Positions 49,525 to 62,143 of a stretch of 64,000 nucleotides of DNA are shown here, piece by piece. Made by a program: the position numbers and the translations under genes. Source of the stretch: Eledone cirrhosa (taxonomy: Eukaryota). Numbering within the stretch: the stretch's first letter is position 1; each line of letters begins with the position of its first letter. Below the pieces are notes generated by a model. It was not told the DNA's origin and did no database searches. It was given only the letters and a program-made list of their open reading frames with translations. The DNA is taken from contig OZ024743.1 of NCBI GenBank assembly GCA_964016885.1, positions 17,484,001-17,548,000 on the forward strand, read 5' to 3'.

Positions 49525-49970
49525 TGACATATATATATATACATACATGCACACATATGTGCGTATGGATTTACCGAACATTTATTATAATGCTCGGTGT
49601 GTTTGTAAACAAACAATCCGAATAAAGCCTAATCACCTAATTTGAGGAAAGTGTAAGGTAGCTTAGTTTAGTTTTTATAGAGGAGTTAAAGATAGGCACT
49701 CCTTCTAGTGTTCAGCAATTTTTAGACAACTCTATCAGTGAAACAATTGTTAAACTGCAAATAAATCCCCTTTTGTTGTACTGTTGACCATGTTATTCTC
49801 CACTTTTTCAATTATATTACTCCAAGATATACTTACATAGGAATACAAGTGAAATCAGAAACTCGTCATCTACGTAAACCTCTTGTTGAGTCAAGCAACG
49901 CCGTACGCTAAAGCTATCCATAATAAGAAATATTGACAACCTCTAATTGGATTACCTATAACGATATTTT

Positions 49971-50007
<37 letters not shown>

Positions 50008-50823
50008 GTATGTATATATATATATATGGGTGTATGTATGCATATATGTGCTTTGATTTGAGTGAATATGCAATGTAACACACACACACGTAAATATTAA
50101 CGATATATATTAACTATATATTGTGGATAAAAACAAAATATGTTGCATTTATACTAAAATATATGCTTCTGTGAAAATACTGTTTTTTACAAATATATGT
50201 TAGTTTATCTTTTAGAGGCACTTATTTCCTTTATGCGTGTGTGCGTACGGGTGTGCGTATGCGCCTGAGTCTGTGCGCCCGTGTGTATGTAACGTTGCTT
50301 TTTGTGTGTAGGGTATTAGCAATACCAATAAAACAAATATATTTCTATCGGCGAAGGAATTCACAGACAACTTGTAATTAACTCTTTAGATATGGAATAA
50401 CGGACTGAAAACAAGACAATATTCATGAGTATAACTTCATCTCTGATACTTCCCTGGTTATCTGAAGAACCAGAAATATATTTTGATTTATTTTTGAATT
50501 AGAAATGATTAGAACAATCTATAATCGGCTTTTCCCTCCTGAGAAAATTATTCTCAGAAAATATCAATCATGTACACGAATACTACTAATAATTCTAGTA
50601 ATATAAACCTACCGAGCAACAACTGCAATTATATTGGAAATATATATGGAAAAGATTTCATGAGTAATTTTTAAGAAATATTTTTCAAATATTAAGAAGT
50701 TCCAAATCAGCATTCTGTGTACTTGTGGCTGTCATTTTTATTTTATTTTTTTTTTACATTTCAAAGAATTACAAACTTGCGACACGATTATATTTTGTCT
50801 ATATCCGCGTCTTCCTATGTATA

Positions 50824-50864
<41 letters not shown>

Positions 50865-50984
50865 TGTGTGTGTGTGTGAGAGAGACAGAGAGACAGAGAG
50901 AGAGAGACATCAGATAGAGAATGTGTGTATGTATGTGCGTAGGTGGGTGCCTGCGTGCGAGTAGATGTGTTCGTGAGATTGCTC

Positions 50985-51065
50985 TGAAGTTTGAAGAATG
51001 GACGGTGACAGGCTAGCTACTGTGTGAGTGTGAAGTTGTCACTGTCCGTGTTCCTGTGAACCGAC
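50985..51065 (+). ncRNA. Candidate pre-miRNA hairpin
   Basis: atggacggtgacag pairs with ttgtcactgtccgt, extended by gaa/ttc. ~58 nt hairpin with UGUG in the loop, in otherwise unique sequence. Confidence 0.4.
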
Positions 51066-53501
51066 TAATGTAAGTATATGTACACATATCTATAAGTATC
51101 TGTGCATATACATCCACACCCATAATACTACTCGAAAATGTTTGTATAGAAAAGGATATTGTAGCTCATATACCCGTTGCTATTATATTTCGTTTCGTGG
51201 TATAATCATGACAGAAGTTACTTTGCATCGGATACAACGATATGGTGTTACAAACACAGACGGCTAGACCATGAAGTGTGAAATCTCTACCAGCGTGGTG
51301 CTAGAGATGGGTAGAGCCGGGAATTGTTTGCGGTGGAGCAAATGTTAGGAAATATTCAACAGTGACGTTGCCACAGACAGGGCACTGAATGCCAGGAGAA
51401 TATAGATACGGGTGCAAGTAGACATGCATATTAAATGGTGAGTCCTGGAATGTCTGTATCAGTGATGTGTGCGCACCTGTACACATACGCATGCAGACAT
51501 CATAACATCAATTGTTTTGAGTGCTGTTTGTTGTACAGATAGATGTATGTCTGGTGGTATATACGGGTGTGTATGTAGGTGTGTATTGTTTGATGATTGG
51601 TGTTATGTATGTGTGTCTGATTGAGTTTATACATTAAAGCGACACACAAATCACACAATATTAAATGCATATTTTTCAATGATTGGCCTTGAGCTTACTA
51701 GGATTCCTTTAAATATTTGCATTTGTTACATTGAAGACAATTCACAAGATTCAGGACAAACTCTGGGAATACAATTTCTTTCTTGTTGTCGTCGATAAAT
51801 ATTGTTTGCTTTTAATTAACATGCAACACAATATTAATCTATTCTTGGAAATTTAAACCAACCAAAATAGCAACTCCCACTGTCTATCGAATGCCTATAT
51901 GATCAACTGTGTAGCATTACCACCATCGTGATCAAATATTTCATATTTGAAATATTAAAATTCGTTGTCATAGCTTATTATTTTTAATGTTATGTTGATT
52001 TGTTTGATTCCACATCATTCACTTTCTCAAACTACTATCATTGAATTCTTGAGATTAATATCAATCATATAGCTTAATTAAAAAAATGAGAATATTTTAT
52101 AATTAGGTTTATTTGGTCTGTGAGATATCACCATGGTTCACATTATTAATAAGTAATAGATTTATGACGTGAAATGAAACATAGCGTTATATCTTCTGAA
52201 TAAAGTTGTAGGTTACTGCGCTTTAGATATAAACCATAAATACATAGATAAAACTATATTTCTTATTAAACGCATAGTTATTCGATGTATAATATTCGCA
52301 ATATTCCTAAAAATATTCGAATGGAATCATTTATTATTCATTGAAAATAGCTGCATATTTTAATTGATTGAAACTATCTGTTAATTAAACTCTCCAACCT
52401 GCTCTCTCAACACCGAGTCGACACATTGCAATAGGAAAACAAGTTAATCAACGCAACAAAATAATTTCGACTTACTAACTTATTGTGTGACCAAAGTATA
52501 ATCAGTGATCTTGATTTGCGTCAGCAATAATCTGTACATTGTATGAATTAAACGTCTGAAATTGAGGACGTCAACGCACATAGTGTCGAATTATTCTTTG
52601 ATAGAGAATAAAATAAGGAAAAACTGAAGGTGGAGACGTGCTATGAGGTTTAAATGTGGGAGGCAAACATACCTTGAATTGTCTGGAAAAGGATATACGC
52701 CAAGAGGCGAATGAAATCATAGGAAATTAAACCATGGGGAGTAAAAGAGTAAACAAATAAAACTAATGCTGCAAGAGGACAATAGATAATTAAGGCAGTG
52801 AAAAAGATGTAGCTACATGATAACCACATGGGAAACGATGTTAAATGATAAAATAAATTAATTACAAAAAAGTTAAATATTTATGCAGTAATAACTATAT
52901 ATTTGTGTTGGAAATAAACGAAATAAGAGGTAATTCAATTAAATCAAATATATTCGATTAAAAGTCTCATCTCACTACTGAGTGAGTAAGTTTAATTAAT
53001 GGAATATAAAAATACAAAAACATCCCTCTAATCCCGCTCACAGGGCTATTGAGGTAATTGTGACATGGTTACGGCTGAAAATACTCATAGCGAAATAATC
53101 GTTTTTTTTTTTTTTTTAAATAAGCCTATCATATATGACTTCAGACATATAGAAATTAGGTCCCCACTTGCCAGGTTTATAAGTGTTGCAGCAAATTAAA
53201 CCTTTACGGACAACCGGTGTTTATTTACATAATATGGACATGGACATCTCTAGCTGATGTTTTGTACGAAAAGAAATCATTTAATTTTTAGCTTCTCATT
53301 GAATCAGAGACGCATGTGTAAATGTCTCCGATGATGGATAAATATTCTGAAAGATTTGTCCATCTACTGAGCTAATTCTGACACGCTCCCAGATTAAAAG
53401 AATCATAGCAACATACATACTCACATACACATGCACAAACATACACACAAACACACACATACACAACAAACATCCATGCACACACACGCACATATATATA
53501 T

Positions 53502-53692
53502 AATTGTTTCTCCTTTTGGCACAAGGCCAGCAATTACCCAGTGCATTGCTGGTACTTTATTTTATCGACCCCGTAAGGATGAATGGCAAAGTTAACCTCG
53601 GCGGGATTTGAACTCAGAATGGAAAGAGCCGTAACTCTATGCATCAAAGCATGGCGCCCGACCCTCTACCGATACTGCCAATTCACAGCCCT
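53502..53692 (-). mobile_element. Full-length tRNA-derived SINE
   Basis: Collinear with 47506-47688. Confidence 0.88.
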
Positions 53693-55056
53693 TATATATA
53701 TATATGTATAGCATACGCACTTATGAATGAATTCTATAGAAAAAGATAATTCTATATTTAATAAACTCAAATGAAGTGATCTTGGTAGGTGAAATCAGTT
53801 TTATTTGAAATTGTTAAATGCGTTAAACGGGAAAACCTTTTATTTTGGTTTTATGAATATGCTGCTTGTTCTGCCGTGAGGTACATATACTATGATTTGG
53901 CATTAAAATAGTTGATTGAGTTAAATTACTCACGGATGATTTATTTCAGACATAATATTCTATGCAGCACATTCGTATAGATAAATTACCAACGATGGGT
54001 CAGTTGGTTTTACGGTTATATTAGCGACTTATAGAAAAATATTTCTATAGATAGTTGGACATATGCACACACATAGCATGAAGTCTCAGTGGAAGAAATA
54101 TTCAGATTTTACAGTGGAACCAAGGAAAAGCCGATCATAGACCATAACATATCGTACATTTATTGTTCTCTGCAAGAATCTGTAAGAGAATATCGAGAAA
54201 ATGTATTCCTCTTACTCCTTCCACTTACAGAAGGTTCAATTTGTAAAGATTGCTCGTTTGAATAATATCTTAAAATGATTATGCTCAGATAATGATCTTC
54301 TGTATGGAATGATTTCTTGAATGGTTACCTGCACTGATGGGTCCCATCCATGAACGTTTCAAAACAGCATTATGAATTAAGAAAAAGAAAAGTTTATAAT
54401 GTTGACACCAAAGTCACAATTTGTTGAAATTCAATGATATTGATAGCAAATATTGCGCCTATTTGACATGAGGGAGACACATATTTTGTTTTTGCTTGCG
54501 AACATATGAATATGCCCAGAGAATCAAAATAGTGAAGAAAGCCAATAATGTTGATCGAAGCATTTAATGAAGAGTAGTGGGATTGTATTGCGGTTTAGAT
54601 GTTAATACAAAGCGTAGTTATTAAAAGGTGGACACGGTTGATAAAATCATCGTTAAACTGAAATTATGTCTGAAGTTTCGGTTCAGTATATTATTGGACC
54701 CTACGTTTCTGAACATGTACTTGGCCAAATCTGGCATAATCATTGACAATATTGTTATGCGGCGGGAAAAATGAAACATAAAGGGGGAGATACGTTTTTG
54801 AGGAATCTGAGTTCTGGGATGCTAAGGATTGAAGTTTTCGAAATGAATTCGCTAGTAGAACTATAAAGAAACTGAACTTACTATTATTTTAAATAGGGGC
54901 TAGTTACTTCCAGGTGCAAAGATGGTATGGTCATTCATTGTGTCAATAGTTTGATGCGGGAGGGACTGTTTGTTTCTGGAGGTAGGTAGAGGGAGTTCAT
55001 ATAATACATACATACACAGAAACACACATACAGAGAGACACACACACACACACGCA

Positions 55057-55092
<36 letters not shown>

Positions 55093-55100
55093 TATATGTA

Positions 55101-55177
<77 letters not shown>

Positions 55178-55205
55178 TATGTATGTGTGTGTGTGTGTGT
55201 TTGAA

Positions 55206-55560
55206 GGCGCATGGCTTAGTGGTTGGAGCAGTAGGCTTGCAATGGAAAGGTTGTGAGTTTAATTCTCGGACCGGGTGTTGTTTCCTTGAGCAAGTCACAT
55301 TATTTCACGTTGCTCTAGTTTACTCTGAAAATGAGTACCAGCAATAGCTGGAGGTTTAAACCTGCGATGGACTGGCGTCCTGTCCAAGGGGGAGTCTTGT
55401 TATCTCATTCGCTTCACGCCATGAAACCTGGATAAGCACCGGTCAAATAAACCTTCAGGTTTAAGAGAGACTTTAGAGTTACGGCCTGCCCGCCCAGCCA
55501 GTGGGATGGCATCATCGTATGCCTAAATAAGCACGTGCTGTGACCAGCGGCGCCGAATGG
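55206..55560 (+). mobile_element. tRNA-derived SINE with V-SINE-like central domain
   Basis: A box tggcttagtgg, B-box-like gagtttaattct, tccttgagcaag and V-domain-like cctgcgatggactggcgtcctgtcca. Confidence 0.7.
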
Positions 55561-55669
55561 CCCCCGTCAGACTGCTCGGTCAAGTTGATCAATGTGATAT
55601 ATATACATATAGAGGAAACTGTTCAAGACCCCGTCGGCAGAGCTCAAGACGTGTCGACGGCTATTTATG

Positions 55670-55789
<120 letters not shown>

Positions 55790-57400
55790 TTCGTTTCTGA
55801 ATTTGTTTCAAAAGATTCTTTATCTCAAAACGTGTGTTGAAACCAATATTGTTATACTTTGGGAGGGTCATGTTGCCAATAAGAAACTCACGCACCAGTT
55901 TCTTTCACTTCAATTTATTATAATAAATTTATAAATTGAGGAACTTATACATTTCCGTTCGGTTGGTTGGTTCCACAACCAGATGGTTGTTTATATATTG
56001 TCAAAGTTCTTTCGTCACACATTATGTGACCTTGTCAGTGACTGAGGTAACTTTTCTTTGTTTTTAGTGCCTCTCCTTTGTTATGTCCTACGCCATCTCC
56101 TTTTTGTGTGTGTGTTGTGTGCTTAGTTTGCGCATGTGTTACATCCGGGTGTCTGTGTGTGTTTATATTCGTTTATTTATTTGTTTATTTACATGTTACT
56201 GGTTGGTTGTGTGTTCTATGTGCGTGTGTGTTTTGATTGTGTCCTTAATTGTAAGTTGTGATGTTTCTGTTCCACTCATGTTTTCTATTTAATTTTGGTT
56301 GTAATTCATTTATGTTTATTGCCTCTGTGATTTGTCTAAACATTGCGTCTATTCTGTGTGTAGATTCTTTTTTTATTTCTATATTCTCTAATTTAACCTT
56401 ATGTTCTATCTTCTATTTTAGCATGTTGGTAGAGTACAGATGATTCTTTACTATCTTCAAGGTCTCGTCAGTGTTCATTTATCCGTTCCCCTATACTACG
56501 AGCTGTCTCACCTATGTACACTATAATTTTATCTCTACATTGTTCTTCAGTACATATTATGCAATATACTACATTTCTAGTTTTACAGTTAATATGGGGG
56601 CTTAATTTACAGATTATACATTTCTTATCTATACAGGGAGTCTTTGAAAAGGGTATGTCTTGCTAATAAGTGTTTTTATGGAGGTACCTGGTCTTTCTAC
56701 TATCTTAATATTGAGTTTATGTTTATCTAGGACCCTTTAAATTTGTAAGCTAATTCAGCTCTAGGGGTTGTATCGATGAACATTACACTCTGGTATTTAT
56801 TGCTATCATACTATGAGTTTTTTCTATTAGCCTTATTCATAAGTTCTTTCTATTCTAATCCAAAATTTGCTCCTATACAAGGGGCATGTCCCATTTGTGT
56901 CATTATTTACCATTTTTCACCATTTGGTTCTGGCTCCTCTATACACTCTGATTTTATCTCTCAGATTGTAACCAGAGAACTGCATACGGTGGATGAAGTG
57001 TTGTATGTTTCTCTCTAGTTCTTCGTGGTTGCACATGCGGGACACGTTTCTCATCACCCGTACCAAATCCGCAATCAGTATGTTTATTTTGGTATGGTCA
57101 GAAACAGCTGAGTTTCGGTGGATCAGATATTTGGAAGTCATGGGTTTTCATAATGGGAATGGAGGATTTGTTTTTTGTTATTAATGGTATCTAACCAGAG
57201 CTCTGTGTCTAGTACAGGTAATCGATGGTTGGGGTGTTGATTGGGTAGTCTATAGTAACTCTAAAACTCTGGTGGATGGAGTTAGCTATTTGCTGGATGC
57301 TTTCCATTGTATTTTTCTCTAATTCCAGACTGTTCTCTAGTGGGGTGTTTTAACTACGATGTTTATATCATCAACGTAGCGGGAGTACATTATCAGGGTT
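55790..57400 (-). mobile_element. Penelope-like element 6 (Hydra-like), 5'-truncated, decayed
   Basis: YSRYVDD, LPVLD, KPMTSKYLIHRNSA, FIHRMQFSGY, CKTRNVVY..YIGETARSIG; homologous to PLE 5. Mutated hammerhead at 56000-56042. Confidence 0.88.
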
Positions 57401-57409
57401 AAGAGGTCT

Positions 57410-57807
57410 TCTACAAAATAAAATCTACACACAGAAAAGACGCAATGTTTAGACAAATCACGGTGGCAATAAACATTAATGAACTCCAACCAAAATTTAA
57501 TAGAAAACATGAGTGGAACAGCAACATCACAACTTACAATTAAGGACAAAATGAAAACACACACGCATATAAAACATACAACCAACCAGTAACATGTAAA
57601 TATACAAATAAATAAACGAATTTAAACACACACAGACACCCGGATGTAACACATGCGCAAACTAAGCACATAACACACACACAGAAACAAGATGGCGTAG
57701 GACAGAACAAAGGAGAGGCACAAAAAACAAAGAAAAGAATCCCCAGTCACTGAAGAGGTCGCAGAATGTGTGACGAAAAGACTTTGACAATATATAAACA
57801 ACCATCT
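57410..57807 (+). mobile_element. Inverted 3' copy of PLE 6
   Basis: Reverse complement of about 55981-56366. Confidence 0.88.
57746..57788 (+). ncRNA. Minimal hammerhead motif
   Basis: GUCA-CUGAAGA-G-GUCGCA-GAAUG-UGUGAC-GAAA-AGAC-UU-UGAC. Confidence 0.7.
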
Positions 57808-58148
57808 GAGGAACTGGAATCATATGATTCCAGTTCCTCAGTGAAATAACAACCCAACCAGGAACTGGGCATATCATAGTATTGACAATATTATACACCT
57901 CAACAACATATGTACTTGTCTATACCACACTGATTCGGACTGCCTGAAGAGGTCACAGCCAACCAAAGATGGCTGTCACTGAAATATATATATAGCAGCA
58001 ATAAACGAAGCCAAATTTCAAACATTTGACTTTTTATTTAACTTCATTTTACATTACTCCGGAGTAACCAAACCAACCCGCGCACTTTGTCGAGTGCTCC
58101 AGCCTGCATTCTGAGGTGTTGGTATACAACCAACATATACTCAAAATC
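57807..58148 (+). mobile_element. 3' end fragment of the PLE 1 family
   Basis: Homologous to 5117-5440; begins with a 34-bp palindrome and ends at (TA)n. Confidence 0.88.
57938..57998 (+). ncRNA. Type I hammerhead motif (third copy in the PLE 1 family)
   Basis: CUGC-CUGAAGA-GGUCACAGCC..GGCUGUCACU-GAAA-(UA)5-GCAG. Confidence 0.78.
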
Positions 58149-58170
58149 TATATCTATATATATATATATG

Positions 58171-58231
<61 letters not shown>

Positions 58232-58237
<6 letters not shown>

Positions 58238-58371
58238 AAAAAAAAATGAAATCGAAAATGCAACTGGAGTCTTATATTTAGAAAAAAATATCTCTATTTA
58301 TTTGGTTCCTTTCTAAGTTCTTCTGCTTTTCAAAAGTAGAGTTGAGATGGAGGGTCTGTGGTTTTTCTCAC
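58232..58371 (-). mobile_element. Solo copy of the 16253-16400 unit
   Basis: Sequence match with an internal deletion; (TA)n on both sides. Confidence 0.8.
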
Positions 58372-58383
58372 ATATATATATAT

Positions 58384-61300
58384 AGTAAATAAACTCAATA
58401 TTGACGACAGAACTGAACCCTTGGCAATGAAAAAAACACATTTTAACCTAAAGGATCACACATCTAATTTCAACCCTAATCCTTCTATAAGACATATATG
58501 TCCTTCCAAATCAGACATTCGGATCATAAGCAAAAAGAGTCTGGATAGAATTATCTCACACTTAAGAAAACCCGTTAATTTACCACTCTGGGAAAACACA
58601 TCCCAAGTAATTATTAATATTGAAAATAAATCCTCTGCTTCATTTCTACAATTTGATATAGATGCATATTATTCCTCTATATTACCCATGCTCCAGAACA
58701 AAGCCTTCATATTTGCCAAAAATAGATCAGACTTAACTATGGATGACATCAATATTATCACGCACACTAGACAAAAACTACTTGAATTTCAGAAGGATTA
58801 TTGGACTAGAAATATATATAGTAATCTCTTCGACATAATTATGGGCTCTAGTGATTCTGCCCAAATTACAGATCTCGTGGGCCTTTTTCTTCTATTTAAC
58901 ATTAATTCATCTTTTTCCCACCTTAAAGGTGGTTTATATCGTGATGACTGTCTTCTTCTATCCACTAATCTTAGCCTGTCAGAAATTGAAAGAAATACAA
59001 AACTTATTAGAACTTTCCTTAAAGACTATTATAATCCCACTATTACATTTGACAACACCAGTAAAATAGTCAATTTCCTAGATATTACAATGGACCTATC
59101 TACAGGTATCTACCAACCTTACCATAAACCTGAACAACACTTGCATTACATACACTCACAATCTAATCACCCTAGATCTATCCTTAAAAACCTAGCATAT
59201 AATATCTCACTCAGAATCTCTAACCTTTCATCAAATTATGATGTATTCGATAAAAACGTGCCTTTTTATAATGAAGCTTTAGCTAGAGCGGCCATGAGAA
59301 CAAATTAGTCTCTTGCACCAATAATATTTCAAACTTACAACCTTATATTACCAACAAACACCAAATGAAAAACCCACACCTAAATGCCATTCATACTACA
59401 CCTAAAAGCACCAACAACAAACTTAATTTCTCTACCTCTTCTCACATAAAATATAATGATTTTCAAAAAAACATTCACCCTAATATACTTACATATGTCA
59501 ACAACATAACTAACAAAATTCCTAGAAATCAGACTAAAACATTATATAATAAAACCACTAATAGTACCTCTCTCAGTAAACCTCCCGAAACATCACATAA
59601 ATATAAGAAACAATCTCGAAACCGTAATGGACGGGTTACTTGGTATAATGCTCCTTTTATATTAAAGACCATATCCCTAAAACATTCTTTGCTATCCTAG
59701 AGAAGAACTTCCCACCAAACCATAAATACCATCAAATTTTCATACTCCACTACCAAAAATATGCAATAGAATATAAGCGCTTACAACACATTTAAGTGTA
59801 AAAAAACATGAATATACCACCAACACATCAAACCAACCATAATCATATTAAAGTAAACCAAAACAAACCACCTTTCTCTTCACCTATAATAGGTCCCGTA
59901 AACTCCACACCAATTTTGACTAATAATCTCCAAAAAAAAACAGTTCTCTACTAGCTCCACCTCCCCTAAACTATCACCCACCAACAACCTGTCTAACCAT
60001 ACTAATCTAATTACAACCCATTCTAAACCATACATTAATGAAAATAGTAACACTAATACCACTACAGATAACACAATTAACTCTCCTGATGCAATACTTA
60101 CGAATGACTGTAACTGTAGAATCAAAAGAAATTGCCCATTAAAGGGGAATTGTCTAATTAATAACATAGTCTATAAATGTGTAATTAGTACTTAGGGCTC
60201 CACTCAATCCTATATAGGAGCTGCGTCTAAACAATTTAAAGTAAGATTTAATACCCACAAACATAGTTTTTAAAATGCTGCATTAGCTAATACAACCTCC
60301 TTGGCTGAAGCAATTAATAATTATAGAAAGGACATGGATTACAACCTGAGCTGGAGTGTGCTCAAAAGGGCCACCCCTTATCAAAATAGCAGAAATGAGT
60401 TTAGGATATGCTCCCAAGAACTATTTCAAATCATGAAATCTAATGATATCCTATTAAATTAGCGACAGTTGTTAATTATATCATGCAATTATAGAATTAG
60501 AAAAACCTTCAAATATCATAAACTTCATTAATATATACCTCACTCTTAGATTTTACAAATTATTATAATTATTTTTTTTTAAATGTTTTAATTTATTTAA
60601 CCTATAATTAGATATTTACTACAAAGAATTTCATAATTTTATTTCCCTCTTGCAGCTCACTTTACCTAAAGTTATCTTTAACCTCACTACTTCTTTTAAC
60701 CGCATCCCCTATCTATCACATTTAATACCTAGGACTAGTAAATATAATTAATATCTTTCATATTATGGATGTTTAGACAGATACACTACTTTTTATAACA
60801 TTTTATATATTTCTATCTTTCTATATATATTTTTTTAATTCTTTTTTTTATTGTTTTAATATTTTTTTAATATTTTTTACTTCTTTATTTATCACATTCA
60901 TAAGAATTAATATATTTTTAACTCTGTAAGTATACCTATCAATTAATTTAATTTCCTTTTATGTATCTAGGTACCTTGAAATTTAAACAGGAATAGTATT
61001 TCTCACCAACACTCTCATCCAACCAAACATTCTTTTCCCTTCGCTTTTAACAACATTCTTTAATAACATCAATTTTGTGGGGGGAATCCTTCACTATTTC
61101 ATTGACTTCACCTCATTTTAACCCCTATCTTTCTCTTCCCAACTGTATTATTTTCCTTCAAAGCATAAATTTACATTCATCCACTGCTAGCATAAAGTTC
61201 TACTTCTGTTATTCTATCAACTTGACCTCTAACTCTTTTCTATTGGTCAATTCAAAACCTGTTCCCCAAAAGACTTTTTGTATTAATACTTTGTTTCTTA

Positions 61301-61640
61301 CAATAAACATACATCATCATTTCAGAAGATGGCATATAGAAGTGAAGGTATGTATATCTCCTCTGATAATTTATAATATGTCTTTTTACATATATCTTTA
61401 AAATGATATACATACCAACACACACATATATATCCCAGAAACAATCGTAAAATGATGATTTTTATCAATATAAGAAAGCTGTTCTTTTTTTTGTATTCAT
61501 TGTTTTTATTAATTTATCTCTAATCTGTTTTTCTATGATTTTTATCGTTAAATTTTAAATGCATTTTCTCTTTTCATGATATCTTCTATATTTGGATTAC
61601 ATTGAGTTCTTCATACGGATTCGACACTACCGTTTATTGT
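58384..61640 (+). mobile_element. Penelope-like element 4 (Nematis-like), 5'-truncated, decayed; 3' boundary uncertain
   Basis: ORF 58358-59308 holds the RT (GGLYRDD, NFLDITMDL). VTWYN near 59636; CNC..CPL.GNC and YIG near 60110-60220. Confidence 0.85.
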
Positions 61641-61770
61641 GGTAGATGTATCTACATATATATATGTATATATTTATTAAAATAACAGATAAAAGTTTAA
61701 GCAATGAATCGATTATCTTAGTCTTCATATTTATTATTATTACTATTAATATATATATATATATATATAT

Positions 61771-61924
61771 GCAAAAGTTCTATTTAAAATTGTTGGGATG
61801 CAACAAATAAATATTTTTTATAACTGATATAAAGCACTCGACAAGTATTTGGAGTAGATATACGATATTAATAAATGGAAACTAAATATGGTTTTATAAA
61901 TATAGTTTCCATTTATTAATATCG

Positions 61925-61926
<2 letters not shown>
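61771..61926. mobile_element. Small head-to-head pair, same family as 11664-12017
   Basis: tacgatattaataaatggaaacta pairs with tagtttccatttattaatatcgta; sits in (TA)n. Confidence 0.7.
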
Positions 61927-61963
<37 letters not shown>

Positions 61964-62024
61964 ATTCATATATATATATATATATATATTCATATATATA
62001 TATATTTATATATATATATATATA

Positions 62025-62143
<119 letters not shown>

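Noticed and set aside
52560-54760. Faint LINE remnants (RTE-like C-terminus near 52.7 kb; RT-like segment near 54.55-54.72 kb)
   Set aside because: Too decayed to support without a profile search.
55206-55275. tRNA gene
   Set aside because: It has A/B boxes but no clean cloverleaf, and continues into a SINE body.
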